This document shows, piece after piece, positions 32,252 to 41,978 of a stretch of 64,000 nt of DNA. A model generated the notes under the pieces. It was not told the origin of the DNA, did not search any database, and saw only the letters and a program-made list of their open reading frames with translations. The translations under genes and the position numbers were made by a program. Source of the stretch: an uncultured Candidatus Saccharibacteria bacterium (lineage in GTDB: Bacteria; Patescibacteriota; Saccharimonadia; Saccharimonadales; CAYZZS01); contig CAYZZS010000004.1 in the NCBI GenBank assembly GCA_964483035.1, forward strand, positions 10,081 through 74,080, written 5' to 3'. How positions within the stretch are numbered: the stretch's first letter is position 1; the number at the start of each line of letters is the position of its first letter.

Positions 32252-33352
32252 ATGTCCCGGCCGTATGAACATATAGGAAAGCCAAGTCCTGAGGCAGTAT
32301 TCCAGCGCACCCGAGATGCCCTCGGGGTGCCGCAGGAGCGCGAGTTGGAGCGGGGCCTACCCGAGAGTGCCGTATTGTTTGAGCGATTTCCCCACCGCTT
32401 TTTGCCAACAATCGGTGTCGAGATCGAACTGCAGCATTCGCAGCTGGATCACCGTGTCGGTTGGTATATGGAGAATGATGTTGCCTATCATGATTTGCCG
32501 GAGTGGAAACAGCGCGAACTCCAGCCCATTTTCCAGGATATTGACGATAAGTGGCTGCCCCGCCTGGCGGCACTTGAAAAGGCCCGGCTGCGGCTTGGAA
32601 ATGATTCATATAAGGAAGTTATTACGCCGCCGTATTACTACAATGCTACCCTAGCTAGGCTCACGAATTATCTGTTTGATACTGGAGTTCTTCCCGAGGG
32701 CGGTGCTCACCCACTACACATTACCTTAGGCGGCATTGATATTGGTGAGTATGATGACGCACTGCACTCACTGGCACGGATGGTTGAGCTGCTCGAAGGC
32801 AGTACGCATCATCGGGTTGCGACACCTATGCATACTAGTAAGCCTCACTGGACACAGAAATCCGCAACTGGCTATCTGAAGAGAAGTTCTCAGGAGCTTG
32901 CAGGCGGTGTGTCCGGTCTGGAGCTACGGGCTCTGCAAGCTAGTGATGCTCAGCAGCTCGCGAGAGTGTTGTGGCGGGCGCAATGGTTGGGTGCTGAGCT
33001 GAATGCGTGGCTGCAATCTACCGAGGAAGAACGGCAACACCCTTCCCTGATTGACCATCCTGATGAGTATGATCGTCAACTGCTTGTGACGGGCTGGAAT
33101 GGTATGGTGAAGTTTATGACAGAAGTGTATGAGTTAAATGGTGTGGATTTTGATTCGAATTGGGGCGGACCGCTTGAGAATCCGCAAGTGTGGTACGTGC
33201 AAATGGGACTTTGCAGTACTACGATGCAGAATCAGGATTTCAAGTCGAGACTGTGCCTTGCTGTTGACGATGCGCTAGAGAGTGTAGAGATAGGTGTCCT
33301 AACGCATCATCGGTTCGCGTGTATGCGCCAGGGCTATCTGCCTGCTAAATAG
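32252..33352 (+). CDS. Hypothetical protein (possibly amidoligase-like)
   Basis: 366 aa. TIGVEIELQH resembles the amidoligase N-terminal strand. The assignment is weak. Confidence 0.5.
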   Translation: MSRPYEHIGKPSPEAVFQRTRDALGVPQERELERGLPESAVLFERFPHRFLPTIGVEIELQHSQLDHRVGWYMENDVAYHDLPEWKQRELQPIFQDIDDKWLPRLAALEKARLRLGNDSYKEVITPPYYYNATLARLTNYLFDTGVLPEGGAHPLHITLGGIDIGEYDDALHSLARMVELLEGSTHHRVATPMHTSKPHWTQKSATGYLKRSSQELAGGVSGLELRALQASDAQQLARVLWRAQWLGAELNAWLQSTEEERQHPSLIDHPDEYDRQLLVTGWNGMVKFMTEVYELNGVDFDSNWGGPLENPQVWYVQMGLCSTTMQNQDFKSRLCLAVDDALESVEIGVLTHHRFACMRQGYLPAK

Positions 33353-35207
33353 CTATGGAGCTAGGATCGGGCTTAGCGGGCTGGGCAGGTGCTGCCGGGC
33401 CTGGGTCGGGAGCTGGAGCGGGAGCCGGCTGCTGGCTTGCAGCGTAAATTTCATTGCCGGGCGGCACTACACCATTTGTTGCTGCCTGAGGGGCGGCGGG
33501 TAATTGCATGCCGGCTTCGCGTAATTCTTCCTGCTCGAGCAGCTTGTTTAGGTCTGTCTTTGGAGCGCTGATATCGGTAATGGGTTGAATGACTTTCTTG
33601 TTTGCTATGTGAACGGCACTGGTTTCCGAGCCCGAACTTGTATCCGTACCGGGCTGAGCGGCTTGTGGTTCAGCTGCTGGGGCTGCTGGCTCCGGTGTTG
33701 GGATGGCCGGTTGCGGTGGAGCTGGCTGGACTGCAGCAGGTTCACTTGGCGCTACCGGAGGGGCTTGCGGTGCTGGGTCGGCAGGCTGAGCGGCTTGTGG
33801 TTCGGTAGGGGCAGCCGGCTGCTGATCAGCAAAAGGCTCTACTGCTACCGGAGGCTGCGTTGCTGCAGCTGTCTCCGGTGCCGGTTCGGCAGAGGTGGTG
33901 ATTGTCGGATTGCTGGCTAAGAAGTCATTAATCTGCTGATTGATCAGCGCCTCTTCCGTTGCAGTTGTTTGCGTTAAGGTCGGGTCAATGTCCGCACCTG
34001 GAGTGGCAGGCGCAGGTACTTGCTGAGGGGTGTCAACTGTGTCAGCAGGCGCTGGTGCCTTGCTGGCTACAGCTTCCGTTTGTCCGGTCGTCATGTCCGG
34101 TGCGGGAGTGGACTCGGCTACAGCTGGCATAGCTGCTGTATCAGCGCTTGGAGTGACAGTGGCTGCCGGAGCTGCTTCCAGTACCGGAGGCTTTTCAGAG
34201 GCAAGTGTTGTGACGGGTTCAGGTTCCGGAATGGGATCGACAGGCACCGCTGGGGCAGCTGGGGTTTGTACTGCCTGTAAGGTTGGTGCTAAATCAGCGC
34301 TCGGGGCTGCTGCCGGAGGCTGCATGGTGGCGGCTGTCATGTCGGTAGCCATAGCTGGGGCTTGCTGCATTACTGCTGGCTGTGCGGGAGGTGTAGCTGG
34401 TTCCGGGGTGACAACAGTACTCGCAGAGGGATCCTGCGGTGCGGTGGCTGCAGGAGTAGGCTGATCAAGAGGTGCGGCCGGTGCTACCACAGGGGCAGCC
34501 GGCAATGCTCCATCTTGGACCGGAGCTGGTGCTGCTGGCTGCGTGCCGTCAAGGTTGGGTAGCTGCAATTCGGGTGCCTGAGGTTGCGGTGTAGGCTCGG
34601 TAGTGGGCTGAGGTTGAGGTACTGCCTGGTCTGCTGGAGCTGTAGCAGCTGGAGGTTCAGCAGGTAGCGCGGATGGCTCGGCTGCTGCTTCGGTCACAAC
34701 TGGCGGCGGAGCCGCTGGCTGCAATCCTGGATCGAATGAGTTTTGCTGGGTCGGCGAAGAAGGCAAAGCTGCCTGAGGGGCATCTGCCGGCATCTGGTCT
34801 CTGTCGGCAGCGGAAGCCGCTGCTTCCGGTGATGGAGCGTCGCCTTCGAGTACTTCGCGGGCTACTTTGGCTACATCCTCCAGGGTGACCTGGGATTTGA
34901 CCAGGTAGCGGTCAGCACCAAGCTTGTCAGCTCGAGTTTTATCCTCTACCTGACTAAGAGCGGTCATCATAATAACCTTGGTATTCTTGGTTTCAGGCGT
35001 GCTGCGCAGGATATCGAGCATGTCAAAGCCGCTAATCTTGGGCATCATGATGTCAGATATAATCAAGTCCGGACGTTCCTTAACTGCAAGAGCTAGGGCT
35101 TCTTCTCCATCTTTGGCGGACACGATTTGGTAGCCTTCGGCAAGCAGTCTTGCCTCGTAAATCTCACGAAGGTTATTGTCGTCCTCGACGAGCATTATTT
35201 TTGCCAT
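33345..35207 (-). CDS. Response-regulator receiver domain fused to a ~490-aa Pro/Ala/Thr/Gln-rich low-complexity tail
   Basis: The REC domain reads MAKIMLVEDD...DLIISDIMMPKISGFD...MMTAL. No recognisable output domain follows. Confidence 0.8.
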   Translation of the reverse strand: MAKIMLVEDDNNLREIYEARLLAEGYQIVSAKDGEEALALAVKERPDLIISDIMMPKISGFDMLDILRSTPETKNTKVIMMTALSQVEDKTRADKLGADRYLVKSQVTLEDVAKVAREVLEGDAPSPEAAASAADRDQMPADAPQAALPSSPTQQNSFDPGLQPAAPPPVVTEAAAEPSALPAEPPAATAPADQAVPQPQPTTEPTPQPQAPELQLPNLDGTQPAAPAPVQDGALPAAPVVAPAAPLDQPTPAATAPQDPSASTVVTPEPATPPAQPAVMQQAPAMATDMTAATMQPPAAAPSADLAPTLQAVQTPAAPAVPVDPIPEPEPVTTLASEKPPVLEAAPAATVTPSADTAAMPAVAESTPAPDMTTGQTEAVASKAPAPADTVDTPQQVPAPATPGADIDPTLTQTTATEEALINQQINDFLASNPTITTSAEPAPETAAATQPPVAVEPFADQQPAAPTEPQAAQPADPAPQAPPVAPSEPAAVQPAPPQPAIPTPEPAAPAAEPQAAQPGTDTSSGSETSAVHIANKKVIQPITDISAPKTDLNKLLEQEELREAGMQLPAAPQAATNGVVPPGNEIYAASQQPAPAPAPDPGPAAPAQPAKPDPSSIAI

Positions 35208-35333
35208 GTTCGGTGCCCCTGTTTCATTGGATTGTTGTTACGCTTTTCCTTAATTGTAGCATAAGTATTTTCGCTATAAAGTCCACAGAATTTGGGTGGA
35301 TTTCAGGGGGTTGTGTAGAAATTTCTATAGGCA

Positions 35334-37142
35334 TTACATCCCCAGGAAGGCGCCGGGCGTTTGATTGACAGGAGTTGCATCAGCTGGCTGTGTGGCCAGG
35401 ATTTCCGTTGCTTTCTGTGTTGATAGCCGAGGTAAGTTGATGTAAAAAGTACTACCGCTTCCCAGCTTGCTTTCCACCCAGATGCGGCCATTGTACAGTT
35501 CAATGATTTTTCGGCAGATGAATAAGCCTAAGCCCGTTCCGCCGGTAGTGCGGGTACTGGAGTTGTCTACCCGATAAAACTTCTGGAAAAGGTGCGGTAT
35601 ATCTTCTCCGGCAATACCAGGACCGGTGTCGCGGATGTAGAACTGAACGATGGAATTGTCGCCAGTGAGGCCAATGGTGATTTTGCCAGTGTCGGTATAT
35701 TTAACAGCATTATCAAAGAGATTGGTGATGACTTCACGGATGCGGTCCGGATCGACAAGAGTGTAGTACAGTGGCTTGACGACTTTGCTGCTGGCGGCAT
35801 TGGCCGGACTGCTGGCGTCGATCATGGTGTGTCCGCCGCCAATAATATATTCGATGTATAGGCCCTTCTTTTGGGCGGAGAACTTAAGGTCTTCAACCAG
35901 TTTCTCTAAGTATTCGCCCATCTCCACGACTACCGGATGGTTGCTAATGCGGCCGTCCTCGGCTTTGGCGGATGCTAGCAGGTCTTGGAATAGCTTGCCA
36001 AGGTGCTGTGTTGAGGAGTGGGCCTTCTCAAGGTAGGTGCGGGCATTGCTGTCGACGCGGCTGACGCTGGGATTGAGCGCCAGCGCTAGATAGCCCTCGA
36101 TGGCTGCGACGGGTGTGCGCATTTCATGAGAGGCGGTACTGATAAATTCGGCACGGCGAGCTTCTTCATCGCGCTCTTTACTGACGTCACGGAAGACGGC
36201 TATCAGGCTACCGGTGTCTCTGCCCTCGGCGTCGAGCAGTGCTGAGGTGTCTATGACGATAGGTACGTATTTGCCTGATTTCGTTTCCAGTACGGCATCA
36301 TTGTCGCGAACATGGGTTTTGGCACGGCGAGCCTTTTGCAGGGGGTCCTGCTCCTCATTGTATGGTTTCCGTTCTTCAGTGCAGAGCTTAAGTACATTGC
36401 GGTAATCCAGGTTGATTGCATCCTGCGTCGACCAGCCAATGATTTTGCTGGCGCCGGGATTCAAGTAGCTGATAATGTTTGAGGTGTCGACCACTACTAC
36501 GCCGTCGTTCATTGAGTTAAGTATGAAGTCGGATTTGAGCTGTTCTTTCTTCAGTTGTCCGGCGAGGCCGAGCTCGTTGTTGACAGTTTGCGGCATGAAT
36601 GTTCGCCAGATAAGCCAGCCTGCCACGGCAGTAATAAAGGTGACGGTAAGTGTGGCCCCCATCATGCTGCCACTATCTTGCTGGTCGTACACACCGAGCA
36701 AAACCAGGAGCGTGCCCAGAGCGGTCAGCGCGACCGGCAGTGCGGCGCCGTACACACCCAGCATGCCGCCAAAGAACGAGAAGATGACTACCAAGCCGAA
36801 GAATGGCGAGTCATAGCCACCGGTTACGCCCACAGCCAGTAGGCAAATGTGCAGCGTCAGATAATAGGTAATGAAGTATGAACTCCAGATACTGTAGCGC
36901 CGCACGAATGGCAGAGCCCCAATTGAATAAACCAATGTCGCCAGCGCTATGGCTGGTGACACAAGGGATGTCCCAGCATGCGAGATTAGGAAGTTGAGCG
37001 GCTCCAGCAGGCGGCCGGCAATGTGCAAGCCAAGAATAAGCAAGGCAAAAACTGTATATACCAAGTTTAGCCTGCGCAGCCAGGTTTCGGGTACGTGTTT
37101 CATTTTCGGAATATGCCCACCGCTAAGGTTTATCATAACCAT
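35334..37142 (-). CDS. Membrane sensor histidine kinase (multi-TM, PAS-like, HisKA, HATPase)
   Basis: Contains FISTASHEMRTPVAAIEGY and DTGPGIAGEDIPHLFQKFYRVD...GGTGLGL. Confidence 0.9.
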   Translation of the reverse strand: MVMINLSGGHIPKMKHVPETWLRRLNLVYTVFALLILGLHIAGRLLEPLNFLISHAGTSLVSPAIALATLVYSIGALPFVRRYSIWSSYFITYYLTLHICLLAVGVTGGYDSPFFGLVVIFSFFGGMLGVYGAALPVALTALGTLLVLLGVYDQQDSGSMMGATLTVTFITAVAGWLIWRTFMPQTVNNELGLAGQLKKEQLKSDFILNSMNDGVVVVDTSNIISYLNPGASKIIGWSTQDAINLDYRNVLKLCTEERKPYNEEQDPLQKARRAKTHVRDNDAVLETKSGKYVPIVIDTSALLDAEGRDTGSLIAVFRDVSKERDEEARRAEFISTASHEMRTPVAAIEGYLALALNPSVSRVDSNARTYLEKAHSSTQHLGKLFQDLLASAKAEDGRISNHPVVVEMGEYLEKLVEDLKFSAQKKGLYIEYIIGGGHTMIDASSPANAASSKVVKPLYYTLVDPDRIREVITNLFDNAVKYTDTGKITIGLTGDNSIVQFYIRDTGPGIAGEDIPHLFQKFYRVDNSSTRTTGGTGLGLFICRKIIELYNGRIWVESKLGSGSTFYINLPRLSTQKATEILATQPADATPVNQTPGAFLGM

Positions 37143-37263
37143 TATCTATCGTTTGCCGTACTATTACAAATCGGGACCGTACTGGATTATTTACCGAAGT
37201 TATGCTACACTCTCCCCTGTTCTGTTTTTTGTACAATTAACATGTAACATGCAGGCTCGTAAC

Positions 37264-37338
37264 GGCCTCATCGTCTAGCGGTTAGGACACCGGGTTCTCA
37301 TCCCGGCAACCGGGGTTCGATTCCCCGTGAGGTCACCA
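37264..37338 (+). tRNA. tRNA-Glu (anticodon CUC), CCA encoded
   Basis: Cloverleaf built by hand: acceptor GGCCTCA/TGAGGTC, anticodon stem CCGGG/CCCGG with loop TTCTCAT, and T arm CGGGG-TTCGATT-CCCCG. Confidence 0.85.
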
Positions 37339-38833
37339 AAAGAGACTCATTTGACATAGATGGGTCTTTTTTCATGCTTGCTAAGGTGTAAAGTGTGCTT
37401 AATTTGGGCGTTCGAAATTTATTTGTAGTCAGGTCGTATTCAAGCCCTTCTGGAAAGACTAGACGTTGGTAGATTATTTGATGTTCTATCGAGGCGTTAC
37501 TCCAAATTCGTGGTGCGTTCGACATAAAACGCATCGCATAATCTATTGCATCAGTTTTTAGTTCAGATAAAGAGCCGATACTGGTAAGGTCTTCCTGTAC
37601 AGCATCAGACTCAATCTTTATCTTAGCTACAAGGTCCTTCTTCTCATCTACTGTTATCTGTCCTGCAACAAGCATTTCTACAACCTTATTTCTTCGCTCT
37701 GTAAGCTGTTCTAAGACCTTGTGGAGCTTCTTTTGTTTACTGCTTAGGGTTTGCGTCTCTTCACGCCAGACACGTACTATTATCTCTTTTAAGAACTTCT
37801 CCATATCTGGGTCAGGAGTTAGTGATGACAGCAGTTGCAAGAATTGTTCATGTAGCTCTATTGTCTGTACAGATGGGACATGACACCTAGAACAGTGGTA
37901 ACGCGGAGAACGCTTACCCGATCCACCGACTGGACTACTGCCAGTCATATACTTATTACAATTTGCACACACGAGGAAACGTCTCAGAGGAAATTCAGGA
38001 TTATTCTTCTTGTATGTAGCAGCAGTGTTTTTGTTGCTTCTCAGTAGCTCTTGATTACGGTGAAATGTTGCAGGAGTAATAATCCCTTTGAATTTTGAAG
38101 GTATGAGCTGACCCTCTGTGTGACTACTTTGTTCAAGTCCTGCATAGATAGGATTACGCAACATCTTGCTTAGTGCCTGTATCTGCATCGGCTTGCCTGT
38201 AGCAGATTTCAACCCGATACTTTCACACAGCTTAATAAGACTAGCGATTGTGTAGGTACCTGTTGCGTATACTTCTAATACAGTAACCACCTTATCTGCT
38301 ACCCCCTCTACAGGTGCAAGCGTGGATTTCTCAAGTACATCTCTCACATTTCTCAGGCCGTGAGGTGCTTTACTCATACGCCAGCCCTCTTTTGCGTGGG
38401 CTTTCATGTTGTCTTTCACACGGACAGACTTAACCTTGTTGTCATGTTGAGCTAGTACAGCTTCTAAGTTCTGGATAAGCTCCTCATTAACGCTATCCTC
38501 AACACCTGAGTTGATATTCTTGTACTGAACACCTAATTTAGATAACAAGGTGCGTAGTGCGAAAAAGTCTGAAGCATTACGTGTTAGACGGTCTGTCTGG
38601 TATGTGATGAGATAGTGTATGTTACCCTTGTTCGCTTCAAGATACGCTAACATCTCTTTCATGGCAGGACGGTCGAGGGTTTTGGCCGATACACCGTCAT
38701 CGTGGTAGATTTCTTTAACCAGTACATCATTACGTGATGCCCAATCCTGACATAGCTTTTGCTGGATATCGAGACTAGCACCCTCTACTTGTTGAGTAGT
38801 TGATACCCGAAGATAAATAACTGCTTTTTTCAT
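37298..38833 (-). CDS. Large serine recombinase (integrase)
   Basis: The resolvase-type N-terminus is KKAVIYLRVSTTQQ. A recombinase domain, a zinc ribbon (CANCNKYMTG...RYHCSRC) and a coiled coil follow. Confidence 0.9.
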   Translation of the reverse strand: MKKAVIYLRVSTTQQVEGASLDIQQKLCQDWASRNDVLVKEIYHDDGVSAKTLDRPAMKEMLAYLEANKGNIHYLITYQTDRLTRNASDFFALRTLLSKLGVQYKNINSGVEDSVNEELIQNLEAVLAQHDNKVKSVRVKDNMKAHAKEGWRMSKAPHGLRNVRDVLEKSTLAPVEGVADKVVTVLEVYATGTYTIASLIKLCESIGLKSATGKPMQIQALSKMLRNPIYAGLEQSSHTEGQLIPSKFKGIITPATFHRNQELLRSNKNTAATYKKNNPEFPLRRFLVCANCNKYMTGSSPVGGSGKRSPRYHCSRCHVPSVQTIELHEQFLQLLSSLTPDPDMEKFLKEIIVRVWREETQTLSSKQKKLHKVLEQLTERRNKVVEMLVAGQITVDEKKDLVAKIKIESDAVQEDLTSIGSLSELKTDAIDYAMRFMSNAPRIWSNASIEHQIIYQRLVFPEGLEYDLTTNKFRTPKLSTLYTLASMKKDPSMSNESLLVTSRGIEPRLPG

Positions 38834-39057
38834 AGTGATGTTATTCCTGCGCTTTCAATAGTAGCATTATTTTTGATATTTTTCGAACTAATATACGTGC
38901 GAATAGAAAGCCTGACTACTGTTTCAGTAGCTCGTATTAGTACTTCTAACTCTTCTTTGGTTAGTTCTTTTGATATTTGGCCTAAGAGCTTTCGAGCTTC
39001 TTTGACCGTTATGACCTGCTGGTCATTTATATTGAGTGGTTCTTTTTGTTGTTCCAC
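38830..39057 (-). CDS. Small protein upstream of and coupled to the recombinase (possible DNA-binding or directionality factor)
   Basis: 75 aa; overlaps the integrase start as ATGA. Confidence 0.45.
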   Translation of the reverse strand: MEQQKEPLNINDQQVITVKEARKLLGQISKELTKEELEVLIRATETVVRLSIRTYISSKNIKNNATIESAGITSL

Positions 39058-39160
39058 TGTAAATCCTGTCAGACCGACTGAAGATTGTTAGAGCCTTCAG
39101 TGACAAGACACTCTAGCGAGGAGATAATTTATATTTTGTGGTTTGCCCTAGAATCGAAAA

Positions 39161-39221
39161 AGGATAAATCCTAGTGGCAAACACCCTCTTCGCAAAAAGG
39201 AGGTTTGTCAGGATTTATCCT
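39161..39221. promoter_or_regulatory. Two copies of a 12-bp palindromic site (AGGATAAATCCT / AGGATTTATCCT), centres 49 bp apart
   Basis: Read directly at 39161-39172 and 39210-39221, in the divergent intergenic region of the island. Confidence 0.5.
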
Positions 39222-39379
39222 TTGATTACACACCAAACGAGTGATGTGCAAGCAATGTTTTTCGACCACATTACAATATTTATATTATACCATATTCTGT
39301 TTACATCTGTTCTTTCGTTAGCAAAGTGGCCTATCTGTCATACTAGTAATAGAGGTAATGCGAAAACAAAGGGAGTTAT

Positions 39380-39610
39380 ATGGAAATAAAAAAGGCAGCA
39401 GGAAGACCACCTAAAGTCACTTACAAAACGATGTTAAGGCTTGCGGATGCATTGCAGCACAACAGCACGATCCATGAAGCCTGTCGTTACGCAGGAATAA
39501 GTCGCAATACGTACTACTCATATCTAAATAATGAGGTGTTCGCCGAAAAAATGGCTAGAGCTAAAGAAAACCAGAGTAAAGTGGTGTTTAGTTTCAGTAC
39601 ATATTTCTGA
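39380..39610 (+). CDS. Small HTH DNA-binding protein
   Basis: Contains GRPPKVTYKTMLRLADALQHNSTIHEACRYAGISRNTYYSYL. Confidence 0.55.
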   Translation: MEIKKAAGRPPKVTYKTMLRLADALQHNSTIHEACRYAGISRNTYYSYLNNEVFAEKMARAKENQSKVVFSFSTYF

Positions 39611-39721
39611 AATTTCAGTTGATTTCGCTGTGTTTTTAAGATATTTGGTGTCACAAAAGTGGAAGAAAAAACTCTCTTGATTACATAGTTATTCATAGGG
39701 TGATGTGCCATAATAGTCCTT

Positions 39722-40201
39722 ATGGATTTGAAAGAAATAATTGAGGTGTGGGAGAAGTACGTTGCTACTATAAAAGACTGGCAAGCTCTTGTTGGGCGTA
39801 AAAAACCGAAGATAACACAGTGTGGACCAGTGTACGAACTTAAATCACCTATTCCTAAATGGTACGGATCACTTGCGATTAGTGACATGAGAGAGCTTGC
39901 TGTTGCATACCCCCACTACCATAAGAATGGCGAAACAGAAGTCTACTTCGTTATTCAAGGTACAGGACTAACAGTTGTTGGCGGAAAAGAGGTAAAGCTA
40001 AAGAAGGGTTCTGTAGTAGTTACACCCCCTAACACGACACACTTCACATTCCCTAAGAAAGACTTAGTTATGCTTGTTGTTAATCTGCCAAGATTCAAAG
40101 CTGATAATGTTGTTGAGCTGGAAGATTCTGACCCTGAGGTAAAGTTCGACAAAGACCAATACGAAGAACTGTCATTGAAACATCTCGGACAAATATTATA
40201 A
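39722..40201 (+). CDS. Cupin-domain protein
   Basis: Contains HYHKNGETEVYFVIQGTGLTVVGGKEVKLKKGSVVVTPPNTTH. The extended -10 box TGCCATAAT ends 7 nt before the ATG, so the mRNA is probably leaderless. Confidence 0.6.
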   Translation: MDLKEIIEVWEKYVATIKDWQALVGRKKPKITQCGPVYELKSPIPKWYGSLAISDMRELAVAYPHYHKNGETEVYFVIQGTGLTVVGGKEVKLKKGSVVVTPPNTTHFTFPKKDLVMLVVNLPRFKADNVVELEDSDPEVKFDKDQYEELSLKHLGQIL

Positions 40202-40379
40202 AAATGGCGTTAAAGGGTGTAAATTTGGCGGAAAATTCTGTAGCCACTTGCTTAGGGTTTCTGATAAGTAAATAGTGAACAGCATTTAATGCTCTCTGTG
40301 ACGCATCTGGAGCACTCTGGACAGGTTTTTGGGCGTAAAATGAGTCGTAATTGCTCGCTGAGGTAAGTATACTTACTTT

Positions 40380-41279
40380 ATGTGGTTCGCACTCTCTATT
40401 CTTGCATTGCTCATGTTGTCTGGCAGACGTACCGCCGAAAAGAAGGCTGCGACTGGCATAGACAGTATGGCGATGGCTTGGCTACAACAAGCAGTTGCGT
40501 TACCGCTTATCGTATTGACACTTTTCTTTGCTAGATTCTACTGGCCTAGCGAACTACCCCTTTTATTCTGGGAACTTATGGTTATCTATGTATCCCTGCA
40601 AGCTATATATCTTTATTGTTACTATAAAGCTGTCTCTATTGCTGATATTAGTTTTGTTGCACCTCTCATGACTTTGTTCTCGGTTGGAAACATGATTGGA
40701 GCTTACATTATATTGGGTCAAGTGCCATCGTTATCTGGTGTTATCGGGGCAGCTTTTATTATTTCTGGGGCATGGATAATATCTCGTGCGAAAAAACATG
40801 GTACCGTCGAATCAATAACAGCCCATAAGAAAGCCCTCATGCTAGTAATAGTTGCAATCATTGTTTGTAGCATCTTCTCGAACATAGAAGTAAAAATGCT
40901 GGAAATGAGCAATCCAATAAGCTACAACTTTTACACCTCAGTTCTAACAGTGCCTTTTGTGATTCTGGTTACAGTGATACTTTTAAGAAGCCGAAAGCAG
41001 AATGGCTTAATTTATTGGAAGTCGGTCAATAAAAGTGTCAGAAGCCATGCATGGCCTTTAGCTATTGTCGGCGTAACTTACACTGTAAATATGTTGGCTA
41101 CCTATCAAGCTAAGGTGATGGCTCCGAATCAGGCATATGTCGGTGCTATAAAGGCAGCCTCTGTAATACCTGTCGTTATTCTTGGGGTACTGTTTTTTCA
41201 AGAAAAGGTATCTCGAAAGCAGTGGCTAGGCATTGCTTGTATGCTAATAGGGCTTGCTCTGATTGCTCTTAATGTTTAG
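40380..41279 (+). CDS. EamA/DMT-family transporter
   Basis: 299 aa with about 10 hydrophobic segments in two halves. Confidence 0.65.
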   Translation: MWFALSILALLMLSGRRTAEKKAATGIDSMAMAWLQQAVALPLIVLTLFFARFYWPSELPLLFWELMVIYVSLQAIYLYCYYKAVSIADISFVAPLMTLFSVGNMIGAYIILGQVPSLSGVIGAAFIISGAWIISRAKKHGTVESITAHKKALMLVIVAIIVCSIFSNIEVKMLEMSNPISYNFYTSVLTVPFVILVTVILLRSRKQNGLIYWKSVNKSVRSHAWPLAIVGVTYTVNMLATYQAKVMAPNQAYVGAIKAASVIPVVILGVLFFQEKVSRKQWLGIACMLIGLALIALNV

Positions 41280-41314
41280 CTATTCGTGTCTTAATTGGGA
41301 CTCGTGGTTACTGA

Positions 41315-41683
41315 TTAGAGCCAAGGAGGACCAGAGTAGCGAGTGGTCGTACTGAATACAATCTCGTTATCATCAAAGACATGACGAGCTGGTATTAGTG
41401 CCGATGCGGATTCCATAAGCCCGTTGAAGGTTTCTGTATATTCGTCACGAGCTTTGGCTGCTTCACTTAATACTTCAGTAACACCTTCTTGCATAGGGTC
41501 TGGATTGCGTGACAATAATTCTGCGATGGCTTTTGCACTTTCTATTGCCTTTTGGGCTCTTAAATCATAAACGGCATTAGCGGCTAAGGCTATTTCATAG
41601 CCCTGAACCATCTCATCGTGTTGCGTAACAGGTAATTCTTTACTCATAAAGTATATACTAGCATATTTCCTAGTATAAAGCAA
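41315..41683 (-). CDS. Hypothetical protein
   Basis: 122-aa ORF. Confidence 0.5.
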   Translation of the reverse strand: MLYTRKYASIYFMSKELPVTQHDEMVQGYEIALAANAVYDLRAQKAIESAKAIAELLSRNPDPMQEGVTEVLSEAAKARDEYTETFNGLMESASALIPARHVFDDNEIVFSTTTRYSGPPWL

Positions 41684-41929
41684 ATTTTTTGTAGTGTTAC
41701 AAAAGCCATAAAGGGTGTATGTTGTATAATATAAGTATTGAGCCCAGTCGTTGACTAGCTACTAGTACACTAATAACAAAAATATACGCCGAAAACATAA
41801 CAATAGAGTAGATAGCAGTAGTTCTACTCTAAGCTTGAATGTATCCTGCTACTGTTATTGCCCTCATGTAGCCGTATACCTCAAGTAATTCAGTACAGAT
41901 TGCGTTCAATTTCGACTTTACATAGTTCA

Positions 41930-41978
41930 CCAATGAAAGGCACCCACATTGTGTGGGTGTTTTTCATTGGTTGTTTTG
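41930..41978 (+). terminator. Long near-perfect hairpin followed by a T-rich run
   Basis: CCAATGAAA-GG-CACCCAC attgt GTGGGTG-T-TTTTCATTGG, followed by TTGTTTTGG. Confidence 0.5.
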
